From: Mobula hypostoma
Taxonomy: Eukaryota
Length of the DNA stretch: 64,000 bases
Direction: 5' to 3'
Assembly: GCF_963921235.1 (NCBI RefSeq)
Contig: NC_086108.1
Coordinates: 86,244,001 to 86,308,000, forward strand
The position numbers and the translations under genes are program-made. Positions 12,730 through 25,230 of the stretch are shown here, in pieces. Numbering within the stretch: position 1 is the stretch's first letter; the number at the start of each line of letters is the position of its first letter. Below the pieces are notes generated by a model. It was given only the letters and a program-made list of their open reading frames with translations. It had not been told where the DNA came from and searched no databases.

Positions 12730-13779
12730 TTTTTGATCACATTGAGGAGTATCCATCACATTCTTTTAACAAAATCCTGATTGCTCCATTGCCCATCATC
12801 CAGCCTGTTGTTCATCTTCTGAGTTGCATTATGTTATAAAAACTGTATTTACAGATAAACCTAGTGAATATCATGGAAATAGTATATAAAAAGCATCTTA
12901 GATCAGCCATGCATGATATTATCTTCCTTTACTCTCTCCTGTTTTAATTCTATGGATTGAAAGCATAAGGTACTATTTCCTAACTTTGTATAATATAAAA
13001 TTGTGAGAAATTGGAACAATGCTCTTGAACTGACAAAAATCATCATTAGGAGAAGCATTAAATGAAACAGTCTGCAATGTTATTTCCCAATGTTAATAGG
13101 ATCTTACAAATCTTATTACTGTATACAGATAATGTTTATATTTTCATTTTCATGCTTATTGAAATGAAATCCAACCGAATTTGAAGAAGTTGAACATTAT
13201 TAACAGCAGAGAGAAATGAAATATTCCTCCCCTTTTGAGTATTTCTGTTAAATTGAGAAATGAAGCCAAGTCAGAACATACATAATTATTTTCCCATTGA
13301 CACTGTAGAAGAATTTGAGAAAAGGAGTCCTACTGTACAGGCCACATAATGGAAAAATGTGCACATTCTATTGTTTCTCACTAAGTAGTAAAATATGGTT
13401 CAGTTTTATCCCTGCAATTCAATCATCAATGGATTTTTTTGTATTTTTATTGCATTAATAGTGGTGCATGCAATCACGATTTCAATGTTTAAGAGAAGTT
13501 TGGATAGGTACATGCATGGTAGGGGTTGTAGGTTTTCATAAATAAAACAGAAGAGGTGTTTTAAGTTTATGAAAAACCGTAACAGCTCTCTTTTATTATC
13601 AACCAAACACAGAACATAAAGTGCGGTAAAAACGTCACGTCATTACTTCATCAGGTCAGACCAGCCTCTTAAAGTGAACTCCAACTCAATGTCGGTGGTT
13701 GCGAATTATGTATATGTTTCCTCCCATTATATTACCCTCCAGGGCTCTGGTCCCTGTTTAGTTCTATGGCAGTGAGCAT

Positions 13780-13855
13780 TTTAAATGGTTTGGCACAGGC
13801 TAGATGAGCCAAGAGATCTGTTTCTGTGCTGAACTTTTCTATGACTCTGTGACTT
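13780..13855 (+). mobile_element. Short CR1-type 3' tail
   Basis: ggcacaggctagatgagccaagagatctgtttctgtgctgaac..ctatgactctgtgact. Confidence 0.55.
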
Positions 13856-15009
13856 TAATATTGTAAATGATGGTGGCAGTGCACATCACACTCTGTACTG
13901 TTTGGTAAAATCTGTATTTGTGGATGCATACACGCATGCACATGTGCAGACATGCATGCAAATATTTGGTGGTGTTAACATTATGGGTTCTTTTATTTAG
14001 ACTTCAAGAATAAGTGAGCTTGATTTAATGTGAAGATATTCTGCTTTTCAATAAAAAGTAGCAGTTTGCTCCATATTGTTTCTTATATTCTCAGGAGTCC
14101 TTGAACACGTATATTGAATTATGACATTATGTACCATGAGATCTGAGATCCTCAGAGTAGAATTATAATTCCTGAATGAAGAAAAGGTTATTAGATTTTT
14201 TTAGCTTAGTCTTTCAAGCAGATCACATTTAGTTTTTGAACTATCAGAGATTTGCCCTAATTGTTTAATCTCTTGAGATGAATATCAGCTGAAAAACTCC
14301 CAAGAAAGCAAAAATGACATTTTTCATTAGTGCTCCCACTCCAATATAATATCGCAAAGTGTATTTTTTGCTTCTGACCGGTTAATTCAGAAATTATATC
14401 CTGTAGTCCTAAATGGGCCAGAAATATGGTGCTTTGGGGAGTTTTTATTCATTTTGCTCATTATTCATGTAGCTTAGTCCCATCAGGCAAACGGTTACAC
14501 TTTAAAGGGGTTAATTGATATAGCATTCACTAACTTCGACTCTGCAAAATCTAAGTTATTTTCGTTCAATGCCAATTCCATCTAGAGGCTTGACAATCTT
14601 GTCCTCTAATCCCCTTGTCTATTTATGCAATTAGTGTTTAAGTTAGATAAGCAATATTTTTGTGCCCAAGGTACAATATAGGATGAGTTGAACATAGAAA
14701 TAGAACTACGCCTTTTTTTAACGGGAGCAAAGCAACAGGAGGGGAGCGAGAGGGCATTCGTCTGGTTTTATTTAATTGAATGTTACTCTAAACAAAAAAA
14801 AAGGTCACTGAGGTGCCTGAATGGTCAATATTGAGCTTAAAATAAGTGGTTACTGTGATGATTTTGAAGACTTTATTTTAATATAATTTGCATGATAATA
14901 GTATTTTGGAAATAACTATTTGCCCCATTAATCATTAAAGTTGATGTTGAAGGCTGTGACTTTTAAGCATATTTTGAACTCTGTGAGCTTTAAGTCTATT
15001 CACTGATAC

Positions 15010-15031
15010 ATATATATATATATATATATAT
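15010..15031. repeat. (AT)n microsatellite
   Basis: Direct read. Confidence 0.95.
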
Positions 15032-15229
15032 CAGCCAGCACACAAGACTTATTTTTAGGTACTAATCAGCCCTTTGAATGATAATGCTTATTTCCTTTTT
15101 GAATTCCAAATCATTTTAATTAGGCTTGGGAATGTTTTCATTACTGCCAATTGTCAAAGAACAGAAGTTAGAGATAAATATTGTATTCTCATTGCTGTAG
15201 CAAAGGCAGATACACTTTTGAGGGTGCTG

Positions 15230-15405
15230 CCTTTTAATAAAACATTAAACCAAAATATTATCTGGTTCCTAATGGGATATGAAAGAAAATTTGACCTTGT
15301 CTTGAATAAGAGCAGGAAAGCTGTCCCTGCACTTGCCTAATATTTGTTCACTTTAAAGCATTATCAGATGTCCTGAGGTTGAAAGACAGCAAATCTTTCT
15401 TTACC
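15230..15405 (+). mobile_element. Ancient DeuSINE remnant
   Basis: ttgaataagagcaggaaagctgtcc..cctaatattt..taaagcatt..gatgtcctgaggttgaaag..aaatctttcttt resembles the Deu domain plus tail. Confidence 0.45.
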
Positions 15406-15764
15406 TTTATTCACATCCTAAAGTTCATGGAAACTTCATTCAAATGATATTCAAAGATTTCTTTGTATGCTTCAAAATATACAGTTTAAAATGTCAACAA
15501 TTCTACAGTGATACAAACTTGTTTATTGACTAGATAGAAAACATCCCCGCTCAATGTGTCTTTGAACTGGATTGATTGACAGCTCTATTCAAAAGTGTTT
15601 TAGTCCAATGTACTGTACATAGGAGTATGTTCAGTATCCTTATTTCAATTATATTCAGTTACCAGGCACAGGGACTTCATATGCCAATGTAGAAAATAAC
15701 TTCTAAATTTATCTTCATTGTTTATTATGTTTTTATTCGATAGGTCAGTTTGGTTCTGGGTAAT

Positions 15765-16240
15765 GAGAACAGAAATGCTGGAAGTACTCAACAGGTCAGG
15801 CTGCATCTGTGGGAAGAGAAACAGAGTTAATGTTTTTGGTCGGAGATCCTTCATTAGAACCGGAAAGCAGACAGAAGCAAAAAAGCTGCAGGGAGGCTGG
15901 GGGGGGGGGGGGGGGGAGGGAAACCAGGGTCACCATGGGGATAAGCTATAAACAACGGTAGATGGTGGATGAACGAATGAGAGTGGTTTGAGAGTGACAG
16001 CGTAGGCAAATACTCTTCGAGCTGGGAAAAGCAGAGCAGGAAGACACACCTGGCTGATAAGGCTGTGCATGTCCTTCATTCCTAGAGAAAATAAAACAAA
16101 ATAAAGTTGGGAATATCAACCAAAAAATCACAGATGGACATTTGGTATAAATTGAGGAATTAAATTAACCAAAGTTGTGGAATTCCAATATTAAGTCCAG
16201 AAGGCAGCAAAATGCTCAGATGGAAGGTGAAGTTGTGTTT
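15765..16240 (-). mobile_element. Old Penelope-like 3' fragment with a decayed hammerhead
   Basis: gaaatgctggaagtactcaacaggtcaggctgcatctgtgg terminus; minus strand gttCTAATGAaggatctccgaccAAAAcattaac; endonuclease-end remnant at 16170-16240. Confidence 0.65.
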
Positions 16241-17214
16241 AACATTTACTAACTTGCAATTAATTATATTTATGAAATGTACGCTACACCGAACAGGTTA
16301 ACAGAACTTCCCAGGTTTTGGAATAGAAATAGAGAAGATTTTTCACATCCCATGCTATAATTAAAGAATACGTTTTAGTTCCTGCTTATGAAAGATACAG
16401 GCAGCACGTTTCAGTACAATCTGCTTGTGATAACTGACTTTGTACCATAACTGTAATATAAATTGAAACAGTATCTAAGTTAGCGGCAGTAAGAATGCCA
16501 GAAATAGGACGCAAGCACTAAACAGGATGTTTGAAGTTGAACAATATTTATAATGAATGCTGTGGGGCCAGAAATGCGTGAGTAGAAAGCACTGACATTG
16601 GTAGAGGGAATGGATTTACCCGTCAGTAACTTATTTGATAGCATCCATATGAACTCTGCTCAAAATTATTTTACCACCCTATTATAGGGAAGGTACATAT
16701 AATTTCTTCAATGCATTTCAATTTTTAGTTATTCGCCATGGCGTCAGGGGAAATAATTATGCACAAAAAGTCCTTGTTATTGCAAAGGGGAAACATTTGT
16801 GTTTTATGCGTAGAGCTGAAGGACGCCAAAGCGCTAATCATTTTATGTAATATAATGTAAGAAATATATGGGCAGAACATTATTGATATCTCAAAAGTTT
16901 GCTGCAGAAAACTGGTGTGGGGTTAAAATGTATCAAAACGTGTGGTTAGGGACAGGGAATGAATTACCCTTGAGCAGGCTGATGCCATGGTTGCCAATGC
17001 TCCACTCACACAGGCTCTTTGTAGACAACTTGAGAAAAAAGAGACACCCAGATGCATCTTTGTTTCCTGTTACTCTTTGGTTTCTTTATAGTGCCATCTG
17101 TGGATCAGTTAATAGATCTCTCACTTTAAATGCTTCAGAAGGTTTGTGTTCATGCCCTGCTTCAAAGACTTAAGCATAAGCATTTTGGCTGACATCCCAT
17201 TGCATGTCACACTG

Positions 17215-17620
17215 TTGGTTTTGTCTGGGTAGCCTCCAACCTGATGGCATGAATATTGCTTTTTCCTTCAGGTAAAAAAAATCCCTCCCCTTCCCCTCTT
17301 CTTTTATTCCCCACTCAGGCCTCTTACCTCTTCTCACCTGCCTCTCATCTCCTGTTATGTCCACCCCTCTTTCCCTTTCTCCAATGCTCTACTCTCTTCT
17401 CCCATCAGAATCCTTCCTTTCCAGCCCTTTACCTTTCCTTCCCACCAGGCTTCGCCTATCACTTCATCTATCTCCCTTCCCCTGCCCCCACCTTTTTATT
17501 CTGGCGTTCTCCCCCTTCCTTTGCAAACTTGAAGAAGGGTCTGGGCCCAAAACGTTGACTGTTTACTCATTTCTATAGATGCTGCCTGACCTGCAGAGTT
17601 CCTCCAGAATTTTGTGTGCG
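17215..17620 (+). mobile_element. Penelope-like 3' fragment with a decayed hammerhead
   Basis: gtctgggtagcctccaacctgatggcatgaa (LGSLQPDGMN), pyrimidine-rich UTR, TTGAAGA a gggtctgggccc AAAA cg TT gactg at ~17529-17561. Confidence 0.82.
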
Positions 17621-17639
17621 TCTCTATTGGTTGTGTAAC

Positions 17640-17830
17640 CCTTTAGCAGAGATGTTAAATCAAAGACCTCTCTATCCCTTCAGGTGTAAATGAAAGAGCC
17701 GATGAGACTAGTTTTCAAATAGTAGGAAATATATCCTGTCTTTCTTCACTCAGCGTCGTTACACAGACCAGTAGGTTATCTGGCCATCATTAAATAACGG
17801 ACAGGAATTTACAGTGAAAGCCTAGAAGTT
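17640..17830 (+). mobile_element. Ancient DeuSINE remnant
   Basis: gagatgttaaatcaaagacctctctatcccttcaggtg..aaagagccgatg..ttatctggccatcatt resembles the Deu domain. Confidence 0.5.
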
Positions 17831-17875
17831 ACACGCCAGGCTCCCAAGGCATTTCATCTGTAAAATATCAGAATA

Positions 17876-18225
17876 TTATTGGTATTGGTATTGTTCTTTT
17901 TTTCACATGTCTTGAGATAAACTGAAAGGATTCTCTTGTTTCCTGTTTCTAGAGATCAAGTTATTATTCTGCATTGTTATTGATCGAACTTGTTCTATTT
18001 CTGTGCAACCACCACAGAGAAAGTGCAGTGTAGGTAAGCAACAAGGTGCAAAATCATAAAAGGTAGATTGGGAGGTTAAGAGACCATTTTCTTGCATGCA
18101 AACCATTTAATAATCTTATAACAGTGGTGTAGGAGCTGTCCTTGAATCTGGTGGCATGTGCTTTCAAACTCCGATATCTTCCGCCCGATGGGAGAGAGGA
18201 GAGTGTCCATGGTGGGTGAGGCATT
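17876..18225 (-). mobile_element. Rex1/Babar-type LINE 3' end
   Basis: ORF 18054-18239 (LPSGGRYRSLKAHATRFKDSSY..VIRLLN); (accaat)n tail. Confidence 0.75.
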
Positions 18226-18648
18226 CCAACACTGAACACTGAAGTCCAATGCTAGAGTGCCAGTTTTCCACAATTCTCAAGCTATTACCTAGTGAACAAG
18301 ATTCATTAGCAAAGGCAAATAAAAATAAGGCAGGCGCAAGAAAGCAGCCATTGCTGGAGCTGCCTTGTGTGAGCAGGCCAATGTTAGTTTTGGCTTTGGT
18401 TCATCAGGCTTAGGCAAGATCAGGCTTGGGTAAGGTCAGCTTCTTCTCCTTCTTCTGTATTCTTTACTCCTTGTCTGTGAGAGCACAACTAATGCAGTTA
18501 GAATGGCTCCAGGGGCTGTGTTATGTTCTTTCTGTGAGGTGTGGGATTTCTGGGAAATCTCCAGCCTCCTGGATAACCACATCTGCACCAGGTGCAGCTC
18601 CTCAGAGAACACGTTAAGGAACTGGATCTTCGGCTCATATGGGAGACT

Positions 18649-18696
<48 letters not shown>
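18649..18696. repeat. (GATA)12 microsatellite inside CR1 ORF1
   Basis: Perfect 48-bp run. Confidence 0.97.
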
Positions 18697-18697
<1 letters not shown>

Positions 18698-18976
18698 GAG
18701 CTACAAGGAAGGAGTCAACAGGAGGCTGGTAGCCAGGTAACTGTCTGGAGAAGAAATGGAAATGGGCAGCCAGTACAGTGTAGCCCTGTGGCCATTCCCC
18801 TCAAGAATAAATATACCACTTTGGTTCCTTTTGAGGGGGATGACCTACTGGGAGAGCTGCAGAGATCAGGTCTTTGGCATTTAGTCGAGCACAGTGGCTC
18901 AGAAAAGATGAGAAGTTACAAGGGCTGCAGTAGTGACAGGAGATTCCATAGTTAGAGGAATAAAGACAGGGTTCTG

Positions 18977-20231
18977 AATTGAATTGAATTGACTTTATTA
19001 CTTACATCCTTCACATACACGAGGAGTTAAAATCTTCATGTTATGTCTCCGTCTAAATGTGCAATGTGCAATTGATAGTCATTTATAATAAATATTATGT
19101 ACAACAAGATAGTCAATATGACATAGAAATACAGTTGTGTCAGCATGAATTAATCAGTCTTATGGCCTGGTGGAAGAAGCTGGCCTGGAGCCTGTTGGTC
19201 CTGGCTTTTATGCTGTGGTACCGTTTTCTGGATGGTAGCAGCTGAAACAGTTTGTGGTTGAAGTGACTCTGGTCCCAAAGATCCTTCGGGCCCTTTTTAC
19301 GCACCTGTCTCAGTAACGTCCTGAATAGTAGGAAGTTCACATCTACAGATGCGCTAGGCTGTTCGCTCTCTGCAGAGTCCTGTGATTGAGGGAAGTACAG
19401 TTCCCGTATCAGGCAGTGATGCAGCCAGTCAGGATGCTCTCAATTGTGCCCCTGTGGAAAGTTCTTAGGATCTGGGGGCCCATACCAAACTTCTTCAACC
19501 GTCTGAGGTGAAAGGGGCGCTGTTATGCCTTTTTCACCACACAGCTGAAATGTACAGAGCAAGTGAGATCCTCGGTGGTGTTTATGCCGAGGAAATTAAA
19601 GCTGTTCACCCTCTCAACCCCAGATCCATTGATGTCAATAGGGGTTAGCCTGTCTCCATTCCTCCTGTAGTCCACAACCAGCTCCTTTGTTTTTGCGACA
19701 TTGAGGTTGCTTTCTTGACACCACTGTGTCAGGGTGATGACTTCTTCTCTGTAGTCTGCCTCATTATTATTTGAGATAAGGCCAATCAATGTAGCATCAT
19801 CAGCAAATTTAATTAGCAGATTGGAGCTGTGGGTGGTGAGAGTCATGGGTATACAGAGAGTAAAGGAGGGGACTTGGTACACAGCCCTGAGGGGCACCTG
19901 TATGACAGTCAGGGGGCAGAGGTGAAGGAGCCCACTCTTATCCCCTGCCGGCAATCTGACCAGCTACACAAGGCAGGGTGAAGGTCGAGGTCTCTGAGCT
20001 TCTTGTCAAGCCTGGAGGGAATTATGGTGTTGAATTCTGAACTGCAGCCCAAGAACAGCATTCTCACATAAGCATTCTTCTTCTCCAGATGTGTAAGGAT
20101 GGTGTGTAGAGCTGTGGCTATTACGTCATCTGTCGATCGGTTGTGTCGGTAGGTGAATTGTAGGAGGTCCAGTGTGGGTGGTAGCAAGCTGCAGATGTAG
20201 TCCTTGACCAGCATCTCAAAGCATTTGCTTA
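18977..20231 (-). mobile_element. Rex1/Babar LINE, 5'-truncated, inserted in CR1 ORF1
   Basis: ORFs 19909-20214 (LDLLQFTYRHNRSTDD), 19523-19954 (KFADD), 19140-19340 (LLPSRKRYHSIKARTNRL); (caatt)n tail; TSD ttctg at 18972-18976 and 20232-20236. Confidence 0.9.
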
Positions 20232-20940
20232 TTCTGTGGACATAATAGAATCATCTGGATGGTATGCTGTCTCACAAGTGCCAGTGTCAGGGGTGTCTCA
20301 GACTGGGGCCACAGCATTCCAAAGGGGGATGGGGAAGAGGGGGAGCAGCCAGAAGGCTTGGTACATATTGACACAAATGACATGGGTAGAAAAGGTGAGG
20401 AGGTCCTGAGAGAGATCTTAGGGAGCTAGGTAGAAAGCTGTATTAATTGGCGATTGCTGCTTGTGCCATGCGTCATTGAGGGTGAGAATAGGAGCATTTG
20501 GCTGATAAATGCATGATTGAAGAACTGGTGCAGGAGTCAGGAGTTCAGATTTATGGATCATTAGGATCTCTTCTGGGCAACGTACAGACAATACAACAGG
20601 GATGGTTACACCTGAACCCAAGGGAAATGGCCTCCTTGCAGGCAGGTTTGCTGGAGCTATTCGAGAAAGGTTAAAACTAATTTGGCAGTGGTATGGGAAT
20701 CAGGGTAATAAGGCTGAGGATGGGGCAGTTGGTTTACAAACAAAGGCAATGTACAATGTGACTGCTAGCAAGGGCAAGCTGATGATAGGGCAAAATTACA
20801 GTCAACAGGATAGTTCGTGTGATGTAAAAGGGGACAAAATTGAAAAGGGTGACAAATACAGGACTGAAGGTGTTATATTTGAATGCAAGCAGTATACGGA
20901 ATAAGGTAGCTGAACTTGCAGCACAGTTAGAAATTGGCAT

Positions 20941-21130
20941 CATAATCACAAAATACTCTGCAGATGCTGGGGTCAAAGCAACACTCACAACACGCTGGAG
21001 GAACTCAGCAGGTCGGGCAGCATCCGTGGAAACGATCAGTCAATGTTTCGGGCCGGAACCCTTCGTCAGGACTGAAGAGGGAAGGGGCAGAGGCCCTATA
21101 AAAAAGGTGGGGAGGGCGGGAAGGAGAAAA
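20941..21130 (-). mobile_element. 190-bp non-coding PLE-derived insert with a hammerhead
   Basis: Perfect 12-bp TSD agaaattggcat at 20929-20940 and 21131-21142; PLE terminus sequence. Confidence 0.9.
21037..21074 (-). ncRNA. Minimal type I hammerhead ribozyme motif
   Basis: Minus strand: cagtc CTGACGA a ggg ttccgg ccc GAAA ca TT gactg. Perfect stem I (cagtc/gactg) and stem II (ggg/ccc); ACGT palindrome decayed to ACAT. Confidence 0.75.
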
Positions 21131-24089
21131 AGAAATTGGCATGTATGACATCACGGGCATGACTGAATTGTGGCTGAAAAAAGTTTATTGCTGGCAGCTG
21201 AGCATCCAAGGATACATATTGTATTGAAATACAATAGGCAGAGGTGTTGGGGTGGTTCAGTTGGTAAAAATGAAATCAAATCCTTGGAAAGAGGTAACAT
21301 ACTGTAGGATCAGAAGGTTTAGATTTGTTATTTGCTGAGCTAAGAAACTGCAAGTGTAAAAATACCCTGATGGGAGTTATATACAGACCTCAGAACAGTA
21401 TCAAAGATGTGGGCTACAAATTACAATGGGAGATTGAAAACACACGTCAAAAGGGAAATGTTATGATAGTCATGAGGGGTTTCAATATGCAGGTAGATTG
21501 GGAAAATTAGATTGGTTCTGAATCCAAGAGGAGAAATTTAGCTTATTAGAGCAGCTCATGGTTTAATGTAAAGGAAACCAGGGAAGGCAGAGATCATGAT
21601 ATGATAGAATTCACCCTGCAGTTTGAAAGGAAGGAGCTAAAATCAGTTATACAATGGAATAAAGGGAATTATAGAGGCATGATAGAGGAGTGAGCCTAAG
21701 TTAATTGGAAGGCACACCAGCAGGGATGATTGCAGAGAAGCGTTGGCTGGAGTTTCTGGGAGCAGTTCAGAAGGCCCAGGAAAGAAGAAGTATTCTAAAG
21801 GCAGGGTGATGCAACCATGGCTGACAACTGAAGTATAAGCCAACATAAAAGCTAAAGAGAGGGCATGTAATACTGCAAAAACTAGTTGGAAGTTAGAGGA
21901 TTGGAAAGCTTTTAAAAATCAGCAGAAGACAACTAAAAGAGTCATAAAGAGGGAAAAGATGGAATACAAAAGTAAGTTAGCCAATAATATCAAAGAGAAT
22001 ACCAGAAGTTTCTTTAGATATATAAAGAGTGAAAGAGGCAAGAGTAGATATCAGACCACTGGAAAATGATGCTGGAGAGATAGTAACGGGGGCTAGGAAA
22101 TGGCAGATGAATTGAAATAAGTATTTTGCATCAGTCTTTACTGTGGAAGACTCTAACAGTATGCTGGGTGTTCGAGAGTGTCAGCGGGCAGAAGTGAGTG
22201 AAGTTGCCATTACTAGGCGCTTTGCTTGGGAAGCTGAAAGGTTTGCAGACAGATAAATCAAGTGGACCAAATAGTCTACACCCCTGGATTCTGAAAGAGG
22301 TGGCAAAAGAGATTGTGGAGGCATTGCTAATGATCTTTTAAGAAACAATTGATTCTGCCATGATTCCGAAGGACTGGAAAATTGCAAATGTCACTCCATT
22401 ATTCACAAAGGGGGAGAGGTAGAAGAAAGGAAATTATAAGCCAGTTAGAGTGACCTCAGTGGCTGGGAAGATGTTGGAGTTGATTGTTAAGGCTGTGGTT
22501 TTAGGGAACAGATGCACATAATAAAACAGGCCACAGTCAGCAAGGTTTCCCAAAGGGTAAAACTTGCCTAACAAAGCAGTTGGAATTCTTCAAAGATATA
22601 ACAAGTAGGACAGACAAGGGAGAATCAGTTGATGTGTACTTGGATTTTCAGAAGGCCTTTGACAAGGTGCCCACATGAGGCTACTTAACAAGTTAAGAGC
22701 CGATGGTATTAGAGAAAAGATACTAGTGTGGATAGAGCACTGGCTAATTAGCAGGAGGCAAAGAGTGGGAATAAAGGGAGCTTTTTCTGGTTGGCTGCCA
22801 GTGACTAGTGGTGTTCTACAGGGGTCTGTGTTGGGACCACTTCTTTTTATTTTTTCTGTCAAAAATTATTTGAATGACAGAACTGACAGCTTTGTGGCCA
22901 AGTGTGCGGATGATACAAAGAGTGGTGGAAGTGCAGGCAGTGTCCATGGCGCAGAGAGGCTGCAGGAGGACTTCGGCAGATTTGGAGAAAGGGGAAAGAA
23001 GTGGCAGATGGAATAAAGCATAGGGAGTATCTGGTCGTGCACTTTGGTAAGAGTAAAGGCATGAAAGAATTTTCAACATGGGAAGAAAATTCAAACATAA
23101 AGGGACTTGAAAGTCCTCATGCAGGATTCCCTAAAGTTTAATTTGCAGATTGAATCAGTGGTGAGGAAGGCAAATATAATGTTAGCATTCATTTTGAGAG
23201 GACTAGAATATAAAAGCAATGATGTAATGTTGAGGCTTTATAAGGCATGGGAGAAGCCTCATTTGGAGTATTATGAGCAATTTTGGACCTTTTATCTAAG
23301 AAAGGACGTGCTGACATTGGAGAGAGTTCAAAGCAGGTTCATGAAAATAATTCCAGGATTGAAAGATTTATCATATGTTTGTTGGCTCTGGGCCTGTACT
23401 CACCGGACTTCAGAAGAATGATGGGGGATCTCATTAAAACCTATTGAATGTTGAAAGGCCTTGATAGAGTGGATGTGGAAGGAATGTTTCCTATGGTGGG
23501 TGAGTCTAGGACTAGAGAACACAGCCTCAGAATAGAGGGATGTCCATTTAAAACAGAGATGTGGAGGAATTTCTTTAGTCATAGAATGCAGAATATATAG
23601 AATTTGTTGCTACAGGTGACTGTCGAGGCCAAGTCATTGCGTATATTTAAGGCAGAGACTTATTGATTCTTGATTAGTCAGGGCATGAAGGGTTATAGGG
23701 AGAAGGCAGGAAATTGGGGCCAAGTGGGAAACATACCAGCCATGATGAAGTGGCAAAGCAGATTCAATGGGTCAAATGACCTAATTCTGCTCCCATATCT
23801 TTTGGTTTTATGGTCTTAGTGCAATCTATTCTCATTGCCTTTGAAGCATGTACGTGGATCAACCCTTGTTCCTGCAGATGCAAGACCTTTCCCTAACAGC
23901 CTATCTCCCTTATGCAGTGATCCAGTACAGCATCGCACAATCTTGAAGGCCACTCTCTCCCATGCTGTGCTATTCTTCAACCTTTCCCAGAAAAGAATCA
24001 CATCCTGCACAACTGATGCACCTGAACCTATCACAATTAAACTGAGGGAAGAGCCCTCCTTTAATTGGTGCTAGCCACGCACTGTATTA

Positions 24090-24466
24090 GCACTCATAGG
24101 GCGATCACTCGAGTTGAGTATGATATTCTCCTAATGGGTTATTTTCTTAATGGAGGATGCCTGTGCGTGACTTTGTTTAACATGAGGAGGCTGATGGACC
24201 GGCAGCTCCCAAAAGGCCTTGACAAACCAGGGTCAGGATCCAGTCACGTGAGATGCAAGGCGACTGGGGGACGCTTCACTGCTGCAGCCTTCCTCCGCCT
24301 TCACTGCCATTCTGATGTGTCATCATCTCCCACCCACTCCACCATTCTTGGTTAGATCCCTCTTTTTCTGGGATCCCCCCCACTTAAGCTTGCCACTGCG
24401 GGTGACTCTCAGGATCACAGTTCACAAGCTTCTCCACGACGGCACAGTGATGATCCTCAGAAAAGG
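24090..24466 (-). mobile_element. Non-coding RTE-derived retroposon (RTE/BovB-like 5' UTR plus short tail)
   Basis: Minus strand begins gatcatcactgtgccgtcgtggagaagcttgtgaac, resembling the 5' end of BovB/RTE LINEs as I recall it; no ORF. Confidence 0.45.
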
Positions 24467-25170
24467 CTCACAGTATCACCACCCTGCTGACACTTACAGC
24501 CAGTTAATTGTCAGTTTATCGAAGGCTGGATGTTGAAGTTATTTGAATGAGCAGACAGCACCAAAGTGGCATGCACAGACTGCCATAGCTCATGTTTTTC
24601 GGGAGACTCTGATTTAGCCCCTGAGAGCCTTATCACCCACAATGCATTCTGATGTATTTTGTTTGTTCTAATGTAGTATGCAGAGAATCACTTAATTGAA
24701 CCATTAGCTGAAAGTAAAGCAATTTTCTCAGTGGGAGAGTGCTTTAGATAGACAGCCGAAGTACAGACAGAGACAGCAGCACAATGTGGAGCTCTCACCA
24801 AGTCTTCAGTCACTCTTACTGGCCGTAATTATTCATCCAAGACTGTTTAACTGAGAGATAAACACAGGCTTTCTGGTTCCAGCTAAGTAATGCTGACACC
24901 CATTCCAAGCTCTCTATAAGATCATGGCAAATATAAATCACAGATGATGATTGTTGCTGCAAAATCATCACTGTCAGAAATGGCAATGAAGGTGATTATC
25001 ACCTTGGGATGGGAAGGAAAATGATAGTTCTGGATCAAGGGCGATATGCAGTGGGGCAGGATGGGTATAATGGGCATCCAATCACCACTTTCATTTCTCT
25101 AATTGTGAGTTAAATATTATTACTTACGTGCATCTCATGATGCACTTTGCCAAAGTGAGATAATGAGAAA

Positions 25171-25230
25171 AACAAGATAGCAAGATTGTGGAACTAGATA
25201 GCAAGATAGTGGAACAGGATAGTGAGATAG
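25171..25230. repeat. ~21-bp minisatellite (caagatagtggaacaagatag), also at 28364-28388
   Basis: About three degenerate units left of the CR1 and one unit right of it. Confidence 0.7.

Larger units (their letters stand above)
18340..23817 (+). mobile_element. Near full-length decayed CR1 LINE carrying two nested inserts
   Basis: ORF1 Cys motif (VLCSFCEVW..HICTRC), PVAIPLKNKY and esterase GDSIVRG at ~18936; endonuclease LKVLYLNASSIRNK at 20864 and GVIYRP; RT SGVLQGSVLGP, KCADD; tail tttggttttatggtctta. Confidence 0.9.
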
